Assembly: GCA_012295275.1 (NCBI GenBank)
Contig: CM022679.1
Coordinates: forward strand, 11,718,001 to 11,782,000
Direction: 5' to 3'
DNA: 64,000 nucleotides
Source: Chrysomallon squamiferum
Taxonomy: Eukaryota > Animalia > Mollusca
Part shown: piece by piece, positions 1-14,559 of the stretch
Position numbering within the stretch: the first letter of the stretch is position 1
Layout of the letters: the number at the start of each line of letters is the position of its first letter
Program-made: the position numbers and the translations under genes
The notes under the pieces: generated by a model
Seen by the model: the letters and a program-made list of their open reading frames with translations, nothing else
The model's database searches: none
Told to the model about the DNA's origin: nothing

Positions 1-401
1 TTTGTATAATTAGCTTGTTCTTACGTGTTAATGTTTTTTGTGTTTTTTATTCTAAAGTTTACTGTGCAATTTAAAATATGAAAATAGCAACAGTCTGGTT
101 TTCGTTTTTAAATATAGAATTGTAACTCCAGGACATTATGCCCTAGGTAGAATACATTAACCGTAACTTGGTTAAAATTGTAAGTATGAACATCTCTGCA
201 GAGAGTATATATTTAACTGAATTTTATTTATTTATTTTTTAATTTCTAACACTAACTTCAATAAATCAAGTTATGACAGCTTCTTATCAGTTTTAGCTGC
301 TGATTATGTATGTGACATCTCTATTAATATAAAAATGATGTCTTTATTAAAACAAATATTTTCAACTATTTGGTTTTTATAACATAATGCTTGTGAAATA
401 C

Positions 402-439
<38 letters not shown>

Positions 440-3400
440 GATTAAAATAAAATAAAATAATATTAATAAAAAAAAAATTATGAGAGAAAAAATTAAAAAG
501 AAAATAATATATATAATACAAGCACACAAATGTGAATGGAAATTTATTTATTATAACATTTGAATAAATTTTGGAATGTATATATTTAGATCTATCAATA
601 TCATATCAGTTCTTAATTTAAAGTTTTAAATGGTAACTTTACATCTTACTGTCCATAAAAACTAAATAAATTCTTTCAAAATTAACACCATATGTTTTCA
701 AAGGAATTGTATCATAATCCCAAATGTAAAAACCACCATACCCCTTAATTTTATCACTTTGACTTTAAAGATTACAATTTTTAGAATTTCAGGCTGCGTC
801 ACTTTTCAAGATATTTATCACTAGGTTTTCTTTTTTAGACTATTAATGTTTCATAAATTAAAAAAATCACTTTAGGTCAAACTCCCTTCCTTTCCAGATA
901 TAACCATTTTTTGACAAGCTTTCAAAAATAACTCCTATTCTTCCCTGTCTCCATATTCTGAGATCTAAATTAAAATTTTCTTCTGTAATTAAGCCAATGA
1001 ACACCTATCACAATGGCTTCCTAAATTAAAACCTTCACAGCTCTCCTGAAGTAGGGAGCTCCACAAGTGTCTGCAGCTGGAATGTGTTGAGTTCCCCGAA
1101 TGACCGCAGTGACTCCCCCAAAGTAATTACAGACATGTCGTCAATTCTTGGAGAGAATGAACTGATGAAGCTCGAGAATTGTTCTTTTATAATTGCAAGC
1201 TCAAATGTTAGGAAACTGCCAGTGGTCAGTCAGCTGGAAATATCATGTTAGTGGCACTGGAGAGGAATTGGTACATGATCATGCATATGTCCCCAGTTTC
1301 TGGTAAGGAATGGATTGTTTGTGTGGCACAAGCTCAGCAGATGGTTTAATAATAGACAAAAATTATTTAATATGCTTCAGTTTGACCTTTTCCGATAATA
1401 TTGTGATGCCAATAAAATAAAATAAAATAAAATAATTAAATAACTAAATTAATAATAATAATAATAATAATAAAAGATTACTTTCAGTTATATAAGAATA
1501 ATCAACAAATCTTCATTTAACAGAAAGACTTCTAAGTAATTTTAGTTAAAATATTTTAAAAGCATAACATTCTTTGAAAGCTGATTAATTTTAATCCAGA
1601 TTTTTACATTTCAGATATAAAACTTAAATGAACAGATAGGAACAGCACAGTTGTAACATGATAACTTGCTGCAAGGGAGCACACACACACCCTTGACTTG
1701 TCACGGTCTGTGTTAATTTAATGGTTTAAAAGATTAGTTAGTAATAAAACAAATTAGAGAAGAAAGACATAATGAGAAGCCATTATCTGCCAGTCATGTG
1801 AATTTCACATGAAAACCCCTCAGATCCTTTTAAATTAAACTGATCTCACCAGAAATGGTAACTCTAGATCAACAACTTTTATCTCTACAAGAGCAATTCT
1901 GAATGTATTAAAAATACAAACCGGCCATTTTTGGATGGTGAAATCTAGTTTTATTTCAGTCATTTCAGATATCATCACATGATTAAATTATGAAAGCTAC
2001 AATTTGTGCAATCTAATAAAAAAATGCATGTAGACATCTTCGATTAATCAAAATAATTTCTCACAACCTGATTATCTCAAAATCTCTCTCATCTTACTCA
2101 GTTTTGTCATCAAATATAGCCATAGGGTTAATCAATTATCAGAAGTTTAATTATCCAAAATAATCCTATGGTATTATTCATAGGTGGTCTATCAAATGAT
2201 AGCTATAGATGGAACATGTTACTGACAGGTTTTCGGTACAGCCAAATGATTTGTTATTCCATTAAGTTGTATCTGAATTCAATGTAATGTCAGTGTGATT
2301 ATTTTATTATTATTATTATGAATATTTTTATCATTTTGTTAGTAGTGGAATCTGTCAAATAGATATCTGAACAATCTTTAAAAATAATTCCAAAATTTCT
2401 TTGATAGCCAGTTTTAACACTACTCTAGATGTACGTTTTTCAGACATATATAAGGCTCATATTAGGCCTAACTATTAACTTCAAAATAAAAACTGATATC
2501 CATTGCCACTATATTTCAAGTTAATGTTATTTTTAACAAGGCTGTCTTAAAAGAAAGCCAGAAATCATCTCAGAATTGCATTTTTAAAGGAAACACAGTC
2601 ATCAAAGACTTCTGACTCTAATACAACTGCTATTAACACTGTACATCAAAAGGTGTTCCAAACATTAATTAATTACATTAATGTTTATTAATAGTAATTA
2701 ATTAATTTGGATAAATGAAATTTGTATTCCATTAAAGAAATCCAAAGGACTAAGCACAATGAATGGAATATCATCATACTGATTTAGTCACATTAATTTG
2801 TAAAAAGCCTTTCTGTATTTTTTGGAAAGTGAACATACAAAGGACATATGCTTCGTATTTGATGTGTTTTCTCTGCAATTCTACAGCTGCTGATTAAAAA
2901 ATGGAAGTGCTATATTCTGATGTTAATACATATTTTATCATTATTTTCCTTTTGTGCAGGTCAGAGGGAAGTTATTTTATCAAATATCTGCTGCTGTGTT
3001 TACCAAACAGGAACAGGAAAGTGCAGCCATCAAAACTTCAGACTTTGTAAATTTGATTAAATAACACCATTCTAAACATTGATCTTGTTACGATGCTATC
3101 TCTGTATTCATTCAATGTAGCAAAAATTCTATAGGTTTCTTGAGGTAAAGAAATGGCCAAGAATCAATAAAAAAAAGAAAATTTCTTAGACAAAATAAAA
3201 CAAACAATATATAAATACAATTTAAATATCCTGTGTTCAATAACATTTTTTATCCATAATCAGAAATTTTAGAATCTTTTAAAAATTTGATTCAGACTTT
3301 TATCTTATCTATTCCTGAGTGTATAATTAACACAACATTACTTTCCACATACATTGGCTTGTAACGCAAAACAGAAATAGATGATGGTCTGTTCCAAGTG

Positions 3401-3784
3401 GTCAGATTCCCATCAGAGATCGTTACAGATAGAAGAGGATGAGCACATGGCTGCTATCCATTGCTTTTTGACTTTTCTTCATCTGCCTGGAGAATTAGGA
3501 GGAATCGACTCCTTTTTTCCATGGCCCATGAAAGCCAAAACCCATCTTATCTTACTAATGGAGACAGATTGAAGGCAAAACCTTAACAACATCAATCAAA
3601 TTGACATAATAAATTGATGTCTGCTAGATTTTATTTCCATGCTTTTTTTCCCAATTTTAAAAATTTATCTTTCGTAAATTAGATAAAATGAATTAAAAAA
3701 ATATATATATCAAATGTTTTATAGATTGAAGAGCAGATTATTCATATTTTATTTTATGAGATGATATGTGTAAACAAGCAACAA

Positions 3785-3818
<34 letters not shown>

Positions 3819-5243
3819 ATTAAATTTTCAGTTATTAATTTGAATACATTTTAAATTCATAGCAAAGCTCAGAATACTCCAAATGTTGCAAATGTATCTA
3901 TGTATGTAAAAACAAACTATAAACATATACAGAAGCAATTACTCAAAAACATCACTTTAAAGATTATAATTACTTGCAATCTTTTTTTTTTCACAAACAG
4001 AAAAATTCATTTTGCCATTAAACAAGACATATCTTCATTTTTTTAAAAACTTCATCAAAAAGAAAAATCTCAAAAAATCCATAAATTGTTTATTTTTTAC
4101 ATTAATTACAACTGGAAAGCATCCAGAATTTACATTATTTTTAACATTAACTGACATGTTGTAAAGAAATTGTATAGTTTTCTTAATGTTTCTTGTTTTC
4201 TGAACATCTGGATGTGTGCATGCATGCATCATACAAACATACATACACACATACACATTTACAATAAAATGCTAGATCTTAAAGGGGCTATCATACTGGG
4301 ATGACCACAAAAGATGGTTTGACTATATAGCAGTATGTAAGAATATAAACTGACATAGCACATTATGACTTTGGTGTCCATTTTTCTTCCTAATTTCAGT
4401 AATGCTTAAGCAAGAGGGAAATCAACAGAGAACATTTCTTCCTTATTTGGTTTTTAAGATGAACCCTAAATTAGTGTCTCAACTTACTCAGATAATGTGA
4501 CATATCCTGGTTAAGTGATATGTTAGTTCATACTTTAAATGTTTTACTTGTAAAGTGAGATCAAAGAAACAATGTTTAAGAATGTTATTCAAGTAAAATG
4601 CACTCTGAAACAGTCTATGGGCAAAATATACCATAGTTTTGATCACTTATGTCTTTTTGCTGTTTTATGTATGTTTAATCAATCTGTGTCAAACAGAATC
4701 CATAAGAATTGTATTAAGTTGCATTTAATTGACTCTTTTTTCAAATTAACATATGTATTTTAGTTATTAAATTGATTGCAGTTCTGGTTGTTTGGTAATG
4801 CTAAATTACAAAATTAGGTTTTAAAAATTCATTATAATTATTTTTAGCCATTACACAAACAATTCTTTTACATATTAAACTGTATTGTGGCTAATTAATA
4901 ATAATGATAATAAGATACAAATAAGAAGAATATATAAATAACAGAAAAGGGTATTGGTATTCTAATATTCATATGATTTAATAATATTTGTAAAGAAAAG
5001 TAGGTACAATAATTTATTACAAATATTAATAAAATGTAAATAAAATTTTGGCCTATTTGTCAGTTTGTGATTAACTTATACCAAACAGGTTTCATTCATA
5101 AAAAGGTTATGACATTGTCTGGTTTAATGAATGAAGTGTTAACAGGAATGAAAACACCAGATGATGTGTGTCAAAAGATATGTCAATATAACTGATGAAT
5201 GACCCAGCTGAACCTGTAACATACAGTATAACTAAATTATTGT

Positions 5244-5281
<38 letters not shown>

Positions 5282-7032
5282 CATGCACACACAGAAAGAA
5301 AGAAAATGTATTATTTAATATGAAGAATTAACAATGATGATAATAACATTAAAAAAAGGTAATGCAATCAGTAAATGATCTATTAAATTATAAAAGTGGA
5401 AATAAATTTCTTTTTGTACTATACCAGTATATGAATACACATTATATAACAAACTCTCATATTTAAATTTAATTAAAAATAAGGAATATTAATAATGATG
5501 ATGATGACTAAACTCTCAAAAGAATCAATAACTGTTTATTGACAAAATTAATAAACTTGTATGCATCAATAAGCAAATAAATATAATAAATATAATAAAT
5601 CTTCTTTATATCTTTCAAAAATGTGTTAACCATCAAACAAGCTGCCAAGAGCACCTTCAAGAAGCAGTTTTATTTCAGTTTCTTTTCACCTTCATGAGAA
5701 TTTCTTTATCAGGTGTTTGTTTCTTCTTTTTTTCTGATTTACACCTTTTATCAGTTCTGCACTTAAGAGTCTGGAGCCTTAGAGCTGGAAAATTAGATAC
5801 TAGTGCAAAAGTTTAAGTATAATAATCACAGACTTTCCATCGACATAAAAAAAAGAAAAAAAGAAGACCATAACCATGCCAGCACATACCGCTGTGTTAT
5901 TATCAGGAATTGATCTACTCTATCACTGCTGGTTCCTCCAAATACTGGAGGAGAGCATTATTAGGACATTAATTCAAACTCTTAACTGTAGCTGTTCTAC
6001 AGGGATGGTTGGTGGATTGAAACACAAGTAGGTGAGTGCAGATTGGTTCAGATGTTAACCCCAGCTTGGTTTTGCGGTTACCGTTATTATTATTTTTTAA
6101 TGAATTACAGACAGAAAATGATGATGTTGTGAAAGTTCACGGGAGACTAACAGGAAATTAACAAACAAGTAATAAACACAGACATTAATAAAAACAAACA
6201 CAAAAATGTAAATGACAAACGTTTTTTGACTGAATTTGTTTTTTGTTTTGCTTTCTTTTCTTTTTTTTAATTTTCTAAATTAATATTTTATATTATTATT
6301 GTTATTAATAATCATTTTAATAGAATAACATCTTATAAATAGTGATGGTAAATAATTACCTTAAACATACCTCATTTTAAAGAAAATTTAAATATATTAG
6401 ATGTACAATTTTACTGTAGATATTTAAAAACATTATTCCCCACAAACACCACAATATAAAATTTAAAAAGTTTCGTACAGGTAAATAAACAGTTAAATTG
6501 GAATGATCTATTATACTTCAGCTAACCAAGATTTTTATTCTATTTATTTATTTTAGCAAGACTAACTTATTATCTTTTTTTCTTGACTTCCTCCGTTTTT
6601 CTATCAGACATGATGAAATAGAAGCTGATGTTCTGAAAAGGTAATTAATAGCTGTCAATTTAGTGTGAAATGCCTGCTGTGTGATTTCTGCCATCTGCCA
6701 GTTGTTATATAGATCAGTGATTGTGAGGAAACAGGTTAATGATCAGTTCTCATCTCATACTGTGTGTTCACAAGGAAAAAAACTCAATTATGGAAAAAAT
6801 AATCTATATAGTGAGAAAATATCATATCTGATCTGAGACAAGATTTATTTCTTTACAAATCTGAATATTGAAGAACCCAGAGTCCAGACTGAAATCATTT
6901 TAAAAGGTATTATACAAGAAAGAATAAGAACTTTTAAATATATGTTTAATAAAACATAAAATGATTAGGTATCTTGTTGTTTGTTTGTTTTTTTTTTTTT
7001 TTTTCTGATGGTTTTTAGGGATTTTTAGGTAT

Positions 7033-7066
<34 letters not shown>

Positions 7067-10000
7067 GATGAGAGAAGAAAACTGATACCAACATGCATGG
7101 GCTTACTTAAACAGTCAACAGTACAGAAAATTACATACAACTGTTTCTGATAAACTTGTCAGGAAGATGAAAAAGACCAAAAAGCAAACTAAACAGCATT
7201 GATCCTATGGTCCACCAAGCCTAAAATCTACATTATAACTTCTGAGTTGGGATAATAGATACAGTATAAGGCATAACTTTTGGTTTCAAAACTAACATAC
7301 ACTCTTATCTTCATTTATTGATTTTTAAATGAAATGCTCATTATTTTACCAATTTGTAAACTATGGTAACATTAGCTCAAAGTATTTACAAATATCAGGT
7401 TAACAGATTGGTTACTGAACCCCAGATTATAAATAACAGAACTGGTATTTTGTGTGAACTAAAGAGGACTAACTTTGTAAATAATGGGAACTATTTGTTA
7501 TCAATTTTCTGATCTGGGTTATGTTATTTTAACTCAGTTTCAAATTAGGGTAATTTGGTTACAGTTTTTGGAGTTTTTCCGCTCTAAGTTGGAGGTTTGT
7601 AATTTGCAGTGCACATAAAACTAATTAATGCTATGTGTCTTGCTCATTTTAAATTCTGTAACAATTTTTATTGTGGAGTTTATTTTACAGAATTATGCTG
7701 AGAGGGATAAAAAAAATGTCCATAAAGATTAAATAAAATCCTTGAAAAAAGTCTGAATCCCAGGGAAAAAAAAGTTTCTTCTTTTCTTTTTTTTGGGGGG
7801 AAGATCATTCATACTGGAATCAAATAAAACAAAGTTTAATTATCAGTAGGCATTTCTGAAAACACTTTTTTGAATCTTATGATCTTTGTTGGTTTTTCTT
7901 CTTTATTTTCATTTTATGAATGAAATGGAAAACAAAACTAATATAATTAATATGAATAAATAATAGGCCAAATAGAAAACCAAGAATTTAAAGGTTAAAT
8001 CAAACTGAAAACAAAACAGAACTGCTACATTAAAATATTTAAACAAAAAAACATTGTGATTAATATTTTTATTATTTTTATAACATTTTCCAAACCTGGA
8101 CAAAGATATATATTTGTGTATACTCCAAATAAATAAACAATTTTCCTTCCATGTTATTGATTATACAGATTATGAAAAGAAAACTGATACCCAAATAATT
8201 ATAGTTTCTTCATAATCAAAAGATGAGAATTAATTAAACAGAAAATCTCACTATTCAGTAAATCAAGATTTGAAAATATAGTTCACTGGAAAATTTAGGG
8301 TAGGGAAAGAAATACACAAACACCATCGCTGTATTAGAAAGAAAAGAAAAACACTGATAACCACAGCCATTTATTTAAATATTTCTATTTCCCTGAATCG
8401 TCTGCCATGGATTATTTCTTGGGGGTTTTTTTTCTCATTTTTTTTTCTTTCTTGAATGGTAGCATTAATGTTAAAGAGTGTTCATTTTATTGATGAAACT
8501 CCTCGGAATTGCCATCTCAGAATTGCCATCCTTAAATCAGCCAAAAGAAATGAATGCAAACACATTCTTTTCTCTGCCTCTGTCAAAGATCAATGGAGAT
8601 GGACAAAGCAAGATGTATCATGCAGTACATTTATTGGCAGAATTTATCTGCATTTAATTCAAAAGCAGTGAAAGAAATTTACACTTTAAATTTAACTGTG
8701 AGAAAAAACCCAGAGTATACACACACTTGTAGAAGTTGCTTTTTCTATTTAGTTATTATTTTTTTTTCTTTATTGAAGTTTTATTTTGAAGATGTTTGTA
8801 TTCAAGCATTAATTCTTTTTTTTCCTTTTCCGTTCCTCAATTTCTGGTTTATATTATCTAACATTTTATATTCCAGCAGTGGGAATACAATTTCAGTTTA
8901 CATTCTTGTCTACAATATTTAAAATACGTTCTTACTATATTCTGCAAACATTCAGTGGATAAACAGATTCAAGAAAGAACACAGAATGTGCACGACTGTC
9001 ATGCAAAACTGAACCACTTAATACACCTCTCAAAGCAATTTACTTGCACACTTTTGGTCAAATTTTATTAACAACTAAGTTGGTATAGAAGTACCTTAAC
9101 CAAGGCATGTTACAGTGAAAGTGTGAATATTGGTTACTGAACTGTAAAGACATAAAGTTAAAGATCACACAGTACTGTTAATAAGATATAGTTAAATACT
9201 ATATAATATTGTTAAAAGATTTTTTCAACTGTGAAAAGAATGGAAATACAATACTACAGAGTTACAACGCAGAAAAAGATTAAATATCCACCAAAAGATG
9301 TTGATATTCCACTATTCAAATTTGAGAAGATTTAATTCAAGATTTAAAAGAGAATCACACTACTCTACATGATAAAATTAAATCAATTATTTACTCACAG
9401 AATCTAATATAAATAAAGGGGATTCTAATATAAATAAGTAAAGAGGCTGTGCAATAAAATGGATGTAGCAGCCACACTACAACTGAGAGCCAGTGAGAGT
9501 CTTATTGCAGGCATTAAACAAGTGTAAAGATTCATGAATTGGTTAGAGTGTAATCCTATAACCTGGTTTCAATAAATCTCCAATGAGCTGTGTTCAATAA
9601 GTGTGTCTAATGGCAGCTCTGACTTGGCTGTTTCTTGCGACTATCAGCCATGAGGCAGGAAAATGGAGCTACACTGTCGAAGAACTAACCATTACTTTTA
9701 TTAACATTGCTGACCAAACAATAGCCAACATGTTTTGGTACTGAGCCATTATTGTGACGTTCATCACTGTAGATCATAGACATTACTGTCATTTAAAATG
9801 GTCAATCTCTTTTGGCATTGGTAAAGAAATTAATATTTAACAAAATATTCCGTTTAAAAAACCTATTACTGTACAGTAGTCTGTCTAGAGTTTTAGAGAA
9901 AGATTTTTACATTCCAGTGTGTGTTATTCTTTATACTGCCACAGCATACAGTACAGATTTGTTTGCTGTTTTTATTTTTTGTCGTTGTTATTTAGGGTGG

Positions 10001-13000
10001 GTTTCTTGTGGGGTTTTTAACATTTGTCTACATACCACAGAAAAGCAGACTATCAAAGAGAGCTGGTGAAACCCCGATTGGAATGGGAAATGAATACATT
10101 CTGTCTTCAGTGAGTACATATTTGTCACTATTTATGATAAGCTTCAAAGAAAACAATAAGTGGTTATGTGGAAGTTATTTCTGTCATTTGTACATATAGG
10201 AGGAAAAAAAAAAAAAAAAAATGACTAAGAAAAATGAGGTAAGTAAAGAGGAGGAATAGACAAGTTAAAAGTAAAAGTGACAAGTAAATATAGTCAGACA
10301 GAAAATAAAATATAAAAATGACTAATAATAATGAAAATAAATATATTTAATGAATACTGAGAAAAATAAAGATCAAGAAATAAGTGAGAAAATATGAAAA
10401 CTGGAACTACAGATGTAAATTTACTTTAAATCCATTCAGATAAGAACAGTTCTAATAGAACATTATTTATTTACTGATAGAAACAGTGGTAACAATTTTC
10501 ATCTTTCACCAACATTCACCACTACTTGTTGATTACCACATGCTCCTAATATCTGATGTTTAACATTAAGGGCAATTTTTAAACATTTCTTTCCTTGATT
10601 ACTCTGGACCTGTGCAGTAAATTATCCAGATGTTGATTACAAGCAAACTGATCTGTTTACTAACCTATCAATAGTGCAAGGTGGAAGAATGATTTAATTA
10701 GCTCTAACGACAAGACAAGATGATGAGCTAAGTCAAAGATCGTATGCTGCTATCAGCTTGCATAAAACCTGATTAGTCCTGTTCTGGCCTCGACCCGTTT
10801 CAGACTGGGGTCATTTCCACAACAAAATTAGTGCCTAGGAAGGAAACCAAGCATTTCAAGTTTGCAGACACCATATTATCAAATGTCTGGAATAAAAACG
10901 GAAGAAGCAATCTGGAATACATTGAATACATTTATTTAACGTTTGAGTCTGTGCTTGAATTATTTTGTGAATCAACATCTCTGATAGGAGAATGACCACA
11001 AATTAATCATTATTAATACCAATAATTCTGATTGATGGATATTGTACTGGCTGTCCTTTAGAAAATAACAAAGTCTGGCCAAGGAGTGGTAGATTTTGGG
11101 ATCAATTCACCTCACTGAATTTATTAGTTTATCTAAAATAGTCTGGCATTTTGAGTATTGATGGAATACCTTATCATCTTCATGGCAAAATGCAAATAAA
11201 TACATCCTCTAGTTTCTAATCTGAATTAATATCCTTTCTAGATAGGAGCTTTATTTTTTTTTCTTTAAAGAAAAAAAGAAGAAGAAAATGACATAAAGAA
11301 ATAGCAGTACAAAATGCTAAGTGAAATAACTGAAGTATTACAGTTTTTTAAATCAGTGAGTAATAGTCCTGAACTGTGATGAAATATTACTGTAATTTAA
11401 ACCAATTAGCAATAACGAAATATTGTTGCAGCACTTAATGATGAAGAAAATAACAACAGTAAAAACATATGGTGTAGAAAAAACACAGCCTGCCTCATTT
11501 TTCTTGACAATTTTACCATTAATTAGTTTCCAACTGCAGATAATAAAAAATAATGAACAAAAAAAATTCAATATAGTCTGTGCAAAAATAAAAACTCTGC
11601 AGCAATCTCTGTGGTATTGCAGACTGCTACAAGCAAAATACAAGAATGCATATTATGAAAATGTCCAAATCTCCAGATGTAAAATAGAAATAAAAATCTG
11701 AAACAAATGAAAATGGATCTGAATAGCAATTACACTGAACTGTCTTGTTATTTAATTTTACTGCACTCAGTAGTCAATGCGGGTTTTTTTGGTTTGTTCT
11801 GTTGGATTTTGGGGTTTTTTGAAAAAGCATACTAAAATACTTATGCATGTTCATGCACACAGATGCATTCAGACAACTCTAATGATACCTGTAGGAAATC
11901 ATATAGTGAAATATCTTTAAAAGTAGAAGAAAATGTCAAGCATTATCTTAGGGGTTATTTGATTCCAGTCACAAACATTTTGTAACTTCAATAGAAAATA
12001 ATAATAATAATTTCATAACTCAGTAAATATTCAGTTATTTACTTTATACAGTTGTTAATGCTGCATTATTTGTGTGTGTGTGTGTGTGTTTATTTAATAT
12101 AGTTACTAGTTAAATTAGTAAACATATAAATATTACAAACTAAATATAACTTTTTAAAAACAAAAAACTAAATAGAAATATAAAAAAAATGTTTTTGCAT
12201 TTCATTCAAACAGCCAAATGTTTCTTAAGCCAAAATTACTTTACCTATTTTCAGTTTTGATAAATTCTGTTTTCATATACATACGTTCAATTATTTTATC
12301 CATTTACTAATCAGCAATCAATTCATACCCAACTGAATACAAATGGACAAAAGAAATAAATGCACTGAGGCAGACACTTTCAGAACTGTTCATTGATTTG
12401 GTGATCACTGGCTTTGTCTACTTGATATCCAGTGAAAGTCTGGAAAGTCTACCCCACCAGAGAACAATAAGTTGTCCATTTTATAAATATAATCATTCAT
12501 TACTTACTTTGAAAAATAATTTCAGAAATTGATATAAATATATACACATATACATACAATAATTATTTCTTTTCAGCTTTGGATATCATTATATGTCCAT
12601 ATTATGTTTGCAATATAATTAAGTTCAGAAATTCATGTATTAATTATTACTTTCAGGTATGGATGTACATCTTTGTTCCTTTATTTATCAAATAATTATT
12701 TCTCATTTGGGCTGTATATCTACATTTCTATATTTACTTTGAAAAACTATTTCAAAACTATTAACATTATATAATTAAGAAAACTGCAATATATTTCTTT
12801 TTCACAGGATATGTGTGCCTGATCCTTGTGTATATGTGAATCAGTATTTGCTTTGGATTTTTTTTTTTTTTTTTAATTTCTCTGTATAAATCTATGTTCT
12901 GTATTTATTTCACATCAAAGCAGTACATTTCATTTGCAACTTTCTGGTAATGTTACTTTTCTCATTATCAAAATACTTCATTCATTCTTAGCAGAATAAT

Positions 13001-13732
13001 TCACTCCAGTCATAAACTGGCTTATCCACACCAGCAATTCATTTAAAAGATTCAAATCTTACTCAATGCAAACTGGTTCATTTTCACAGTAATAAATTGA
13101 GCATTAAATACTTTATATTTTACTTTTATTTCATCAAGGATGTAATACTACATCCATTACGAATGTTCTGTTTCAAAGATCATCAACTAGTGGCAACCAT
13201 TAAAAGTTATTTATAAAAACAATGTCTATAGTCTGGATTTTCTTTTCAAGAACAAAAACTTTTTTTTTCAAGCTGATGATAAGATATCTACTAAAGGTAT
13301 TTTAAAAATAACATTTACCGCTTGAAAAACAAGAGGTTTACTTTCAAAGTGTAGACATATCTAAATGTAATGGATGAATGAATGAAAATTTATTCAAGTT
13401 GCCTTCTATCATACATATGCTTTTATTATTTCTGATTGCGTAAAAATAAATTTGCTAGTTCTAATGTGACATGATAAACCATTCTTATATTTATCAATAA
13501 GGACATGACAGGATAATACATCCCATTTTTATACAAGTGTAGAGAGAAACAACTCTGTTGTGTATCATGTAATTCAAACAAGTATAATAATAATAATACA
13601 TATGTATGTGTGTATACATGTTATGTTATCTCATTTGAAATGAACCCTCTCTATGCAGATATAATCTTCAAATACAAAAAGTTCTGTTATTATGATGTAA
13701 GCAACATTTAGCTGTGATATCTTTAGGCACAG

Positions 13733-13772
<40 letters not shown>

Positions 13773-14118
13773 ATAGGCCTATATATATAAATTATTATCA
13801 GGACAAAATTAATGTATTCCAAAGAAATTCTAAGTATAATAATTTACCCTTTACAGTGAAACACAGTCGGTGGTAGTACCAGAATTCTGAACTGGCAGAA
13901 TCAAAGGATTAATATTTCAATAGCAGTTAATACATTTTGTGGTTTTCATGTTCCAACGTTATTTAAATACAAGTGACATCGAGAAGAGCATGGGGAAAAT
14001 AATAACTAGTGTCATCATTTTCATTAATCTTCTACCAAGAAAAAGTTATTTATTACTTGAACTACCACACCTATATACTAAATATAATAATAGTATAGAG
14101 TTATTTCGTTGTACTTAC
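1..14118 (-). other. Large first intron of the neuregulin-like gene (no further coding exon recognised in the window)
   Basis: Begins with GTAAGT at 14118. No Ig- or EGF-domain exon was recognised between 1 and 14118, and the region is strongly CpG-depleted. Confidence 0.6.
5250..5279. repeat. (CA)n microsatellite
   Basis: Direct reading. Confidence 0.95.
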
Positions 14119-14557
14119 CGCAATTTTTACACACAATCTTTTTGATATTTCTAATTGTCTTCTTCCTCCCCACAGCCGGGAGGGCACTCAGATGAAAGTA
14201 TTTTCCACTTACTTGAGAAATTCGAAGAAAAAATATATATTTCTTATTATATTTAACTTCAGAAATACATTCCGTCTTGTTCAGGGGGCCAAAATACCCA
14301 ACAATAATCTTTTTCGTTCTTTTACCACCGTTTATAAGCGTTTGCCCTTTTAGAATTTTTCGCACCTGTATTGTAGAATTATACCTGTCATCGTTTCCTG
14401 GGGGTCGGGTTTTGACCCGACCTTCGATCACAACATCGGCGAGTATGGCACTTGAACTCGGGTCGGTAAATTTTGTGTCGCATGTGTTGGCCGAGCCGAT
14501 ATGAACGACAAATAACAATAAACCCAAAACGACAAGTCGAATTCGAAACCACCTCAT
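14119..14557 (-). CDS. First coding exon of a secreted neuregulin/Vein-like protein (signal peptide + NtA/agrin-N-like domain); gene continues beyond the left edge of the window
   Basis: ATG in good context (gtcaagATG). The signal peptide MRWFRIRLVVLGLLLFVVHIGSA is followed by C..., DVVIEGRV, YNSTIQVRKILKG, IVGYFG...C...YIFFL, the NtA-type pattern seen in agrin and in the NRG2/Vein N-terminus. The exon ends KKIVCKNC, resembling NRG2 GKILCTDC. The donor G|GTAAGT at 14119/14118 gives 146 codons + 1 nt (phase 1). The last 12-13 aa of the track ORF are intron read-through. Confidence 0.85.
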
Positions 14558-14559
14558 CT

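Noticed and set aside
1215-1305. miR-263/183-like TGGCACTGGA and imperfect hairpins
   Set aside because: The stems are short and interrupted and the match is on the wrong arm; more likely an E-box-rich enhancer or chance.
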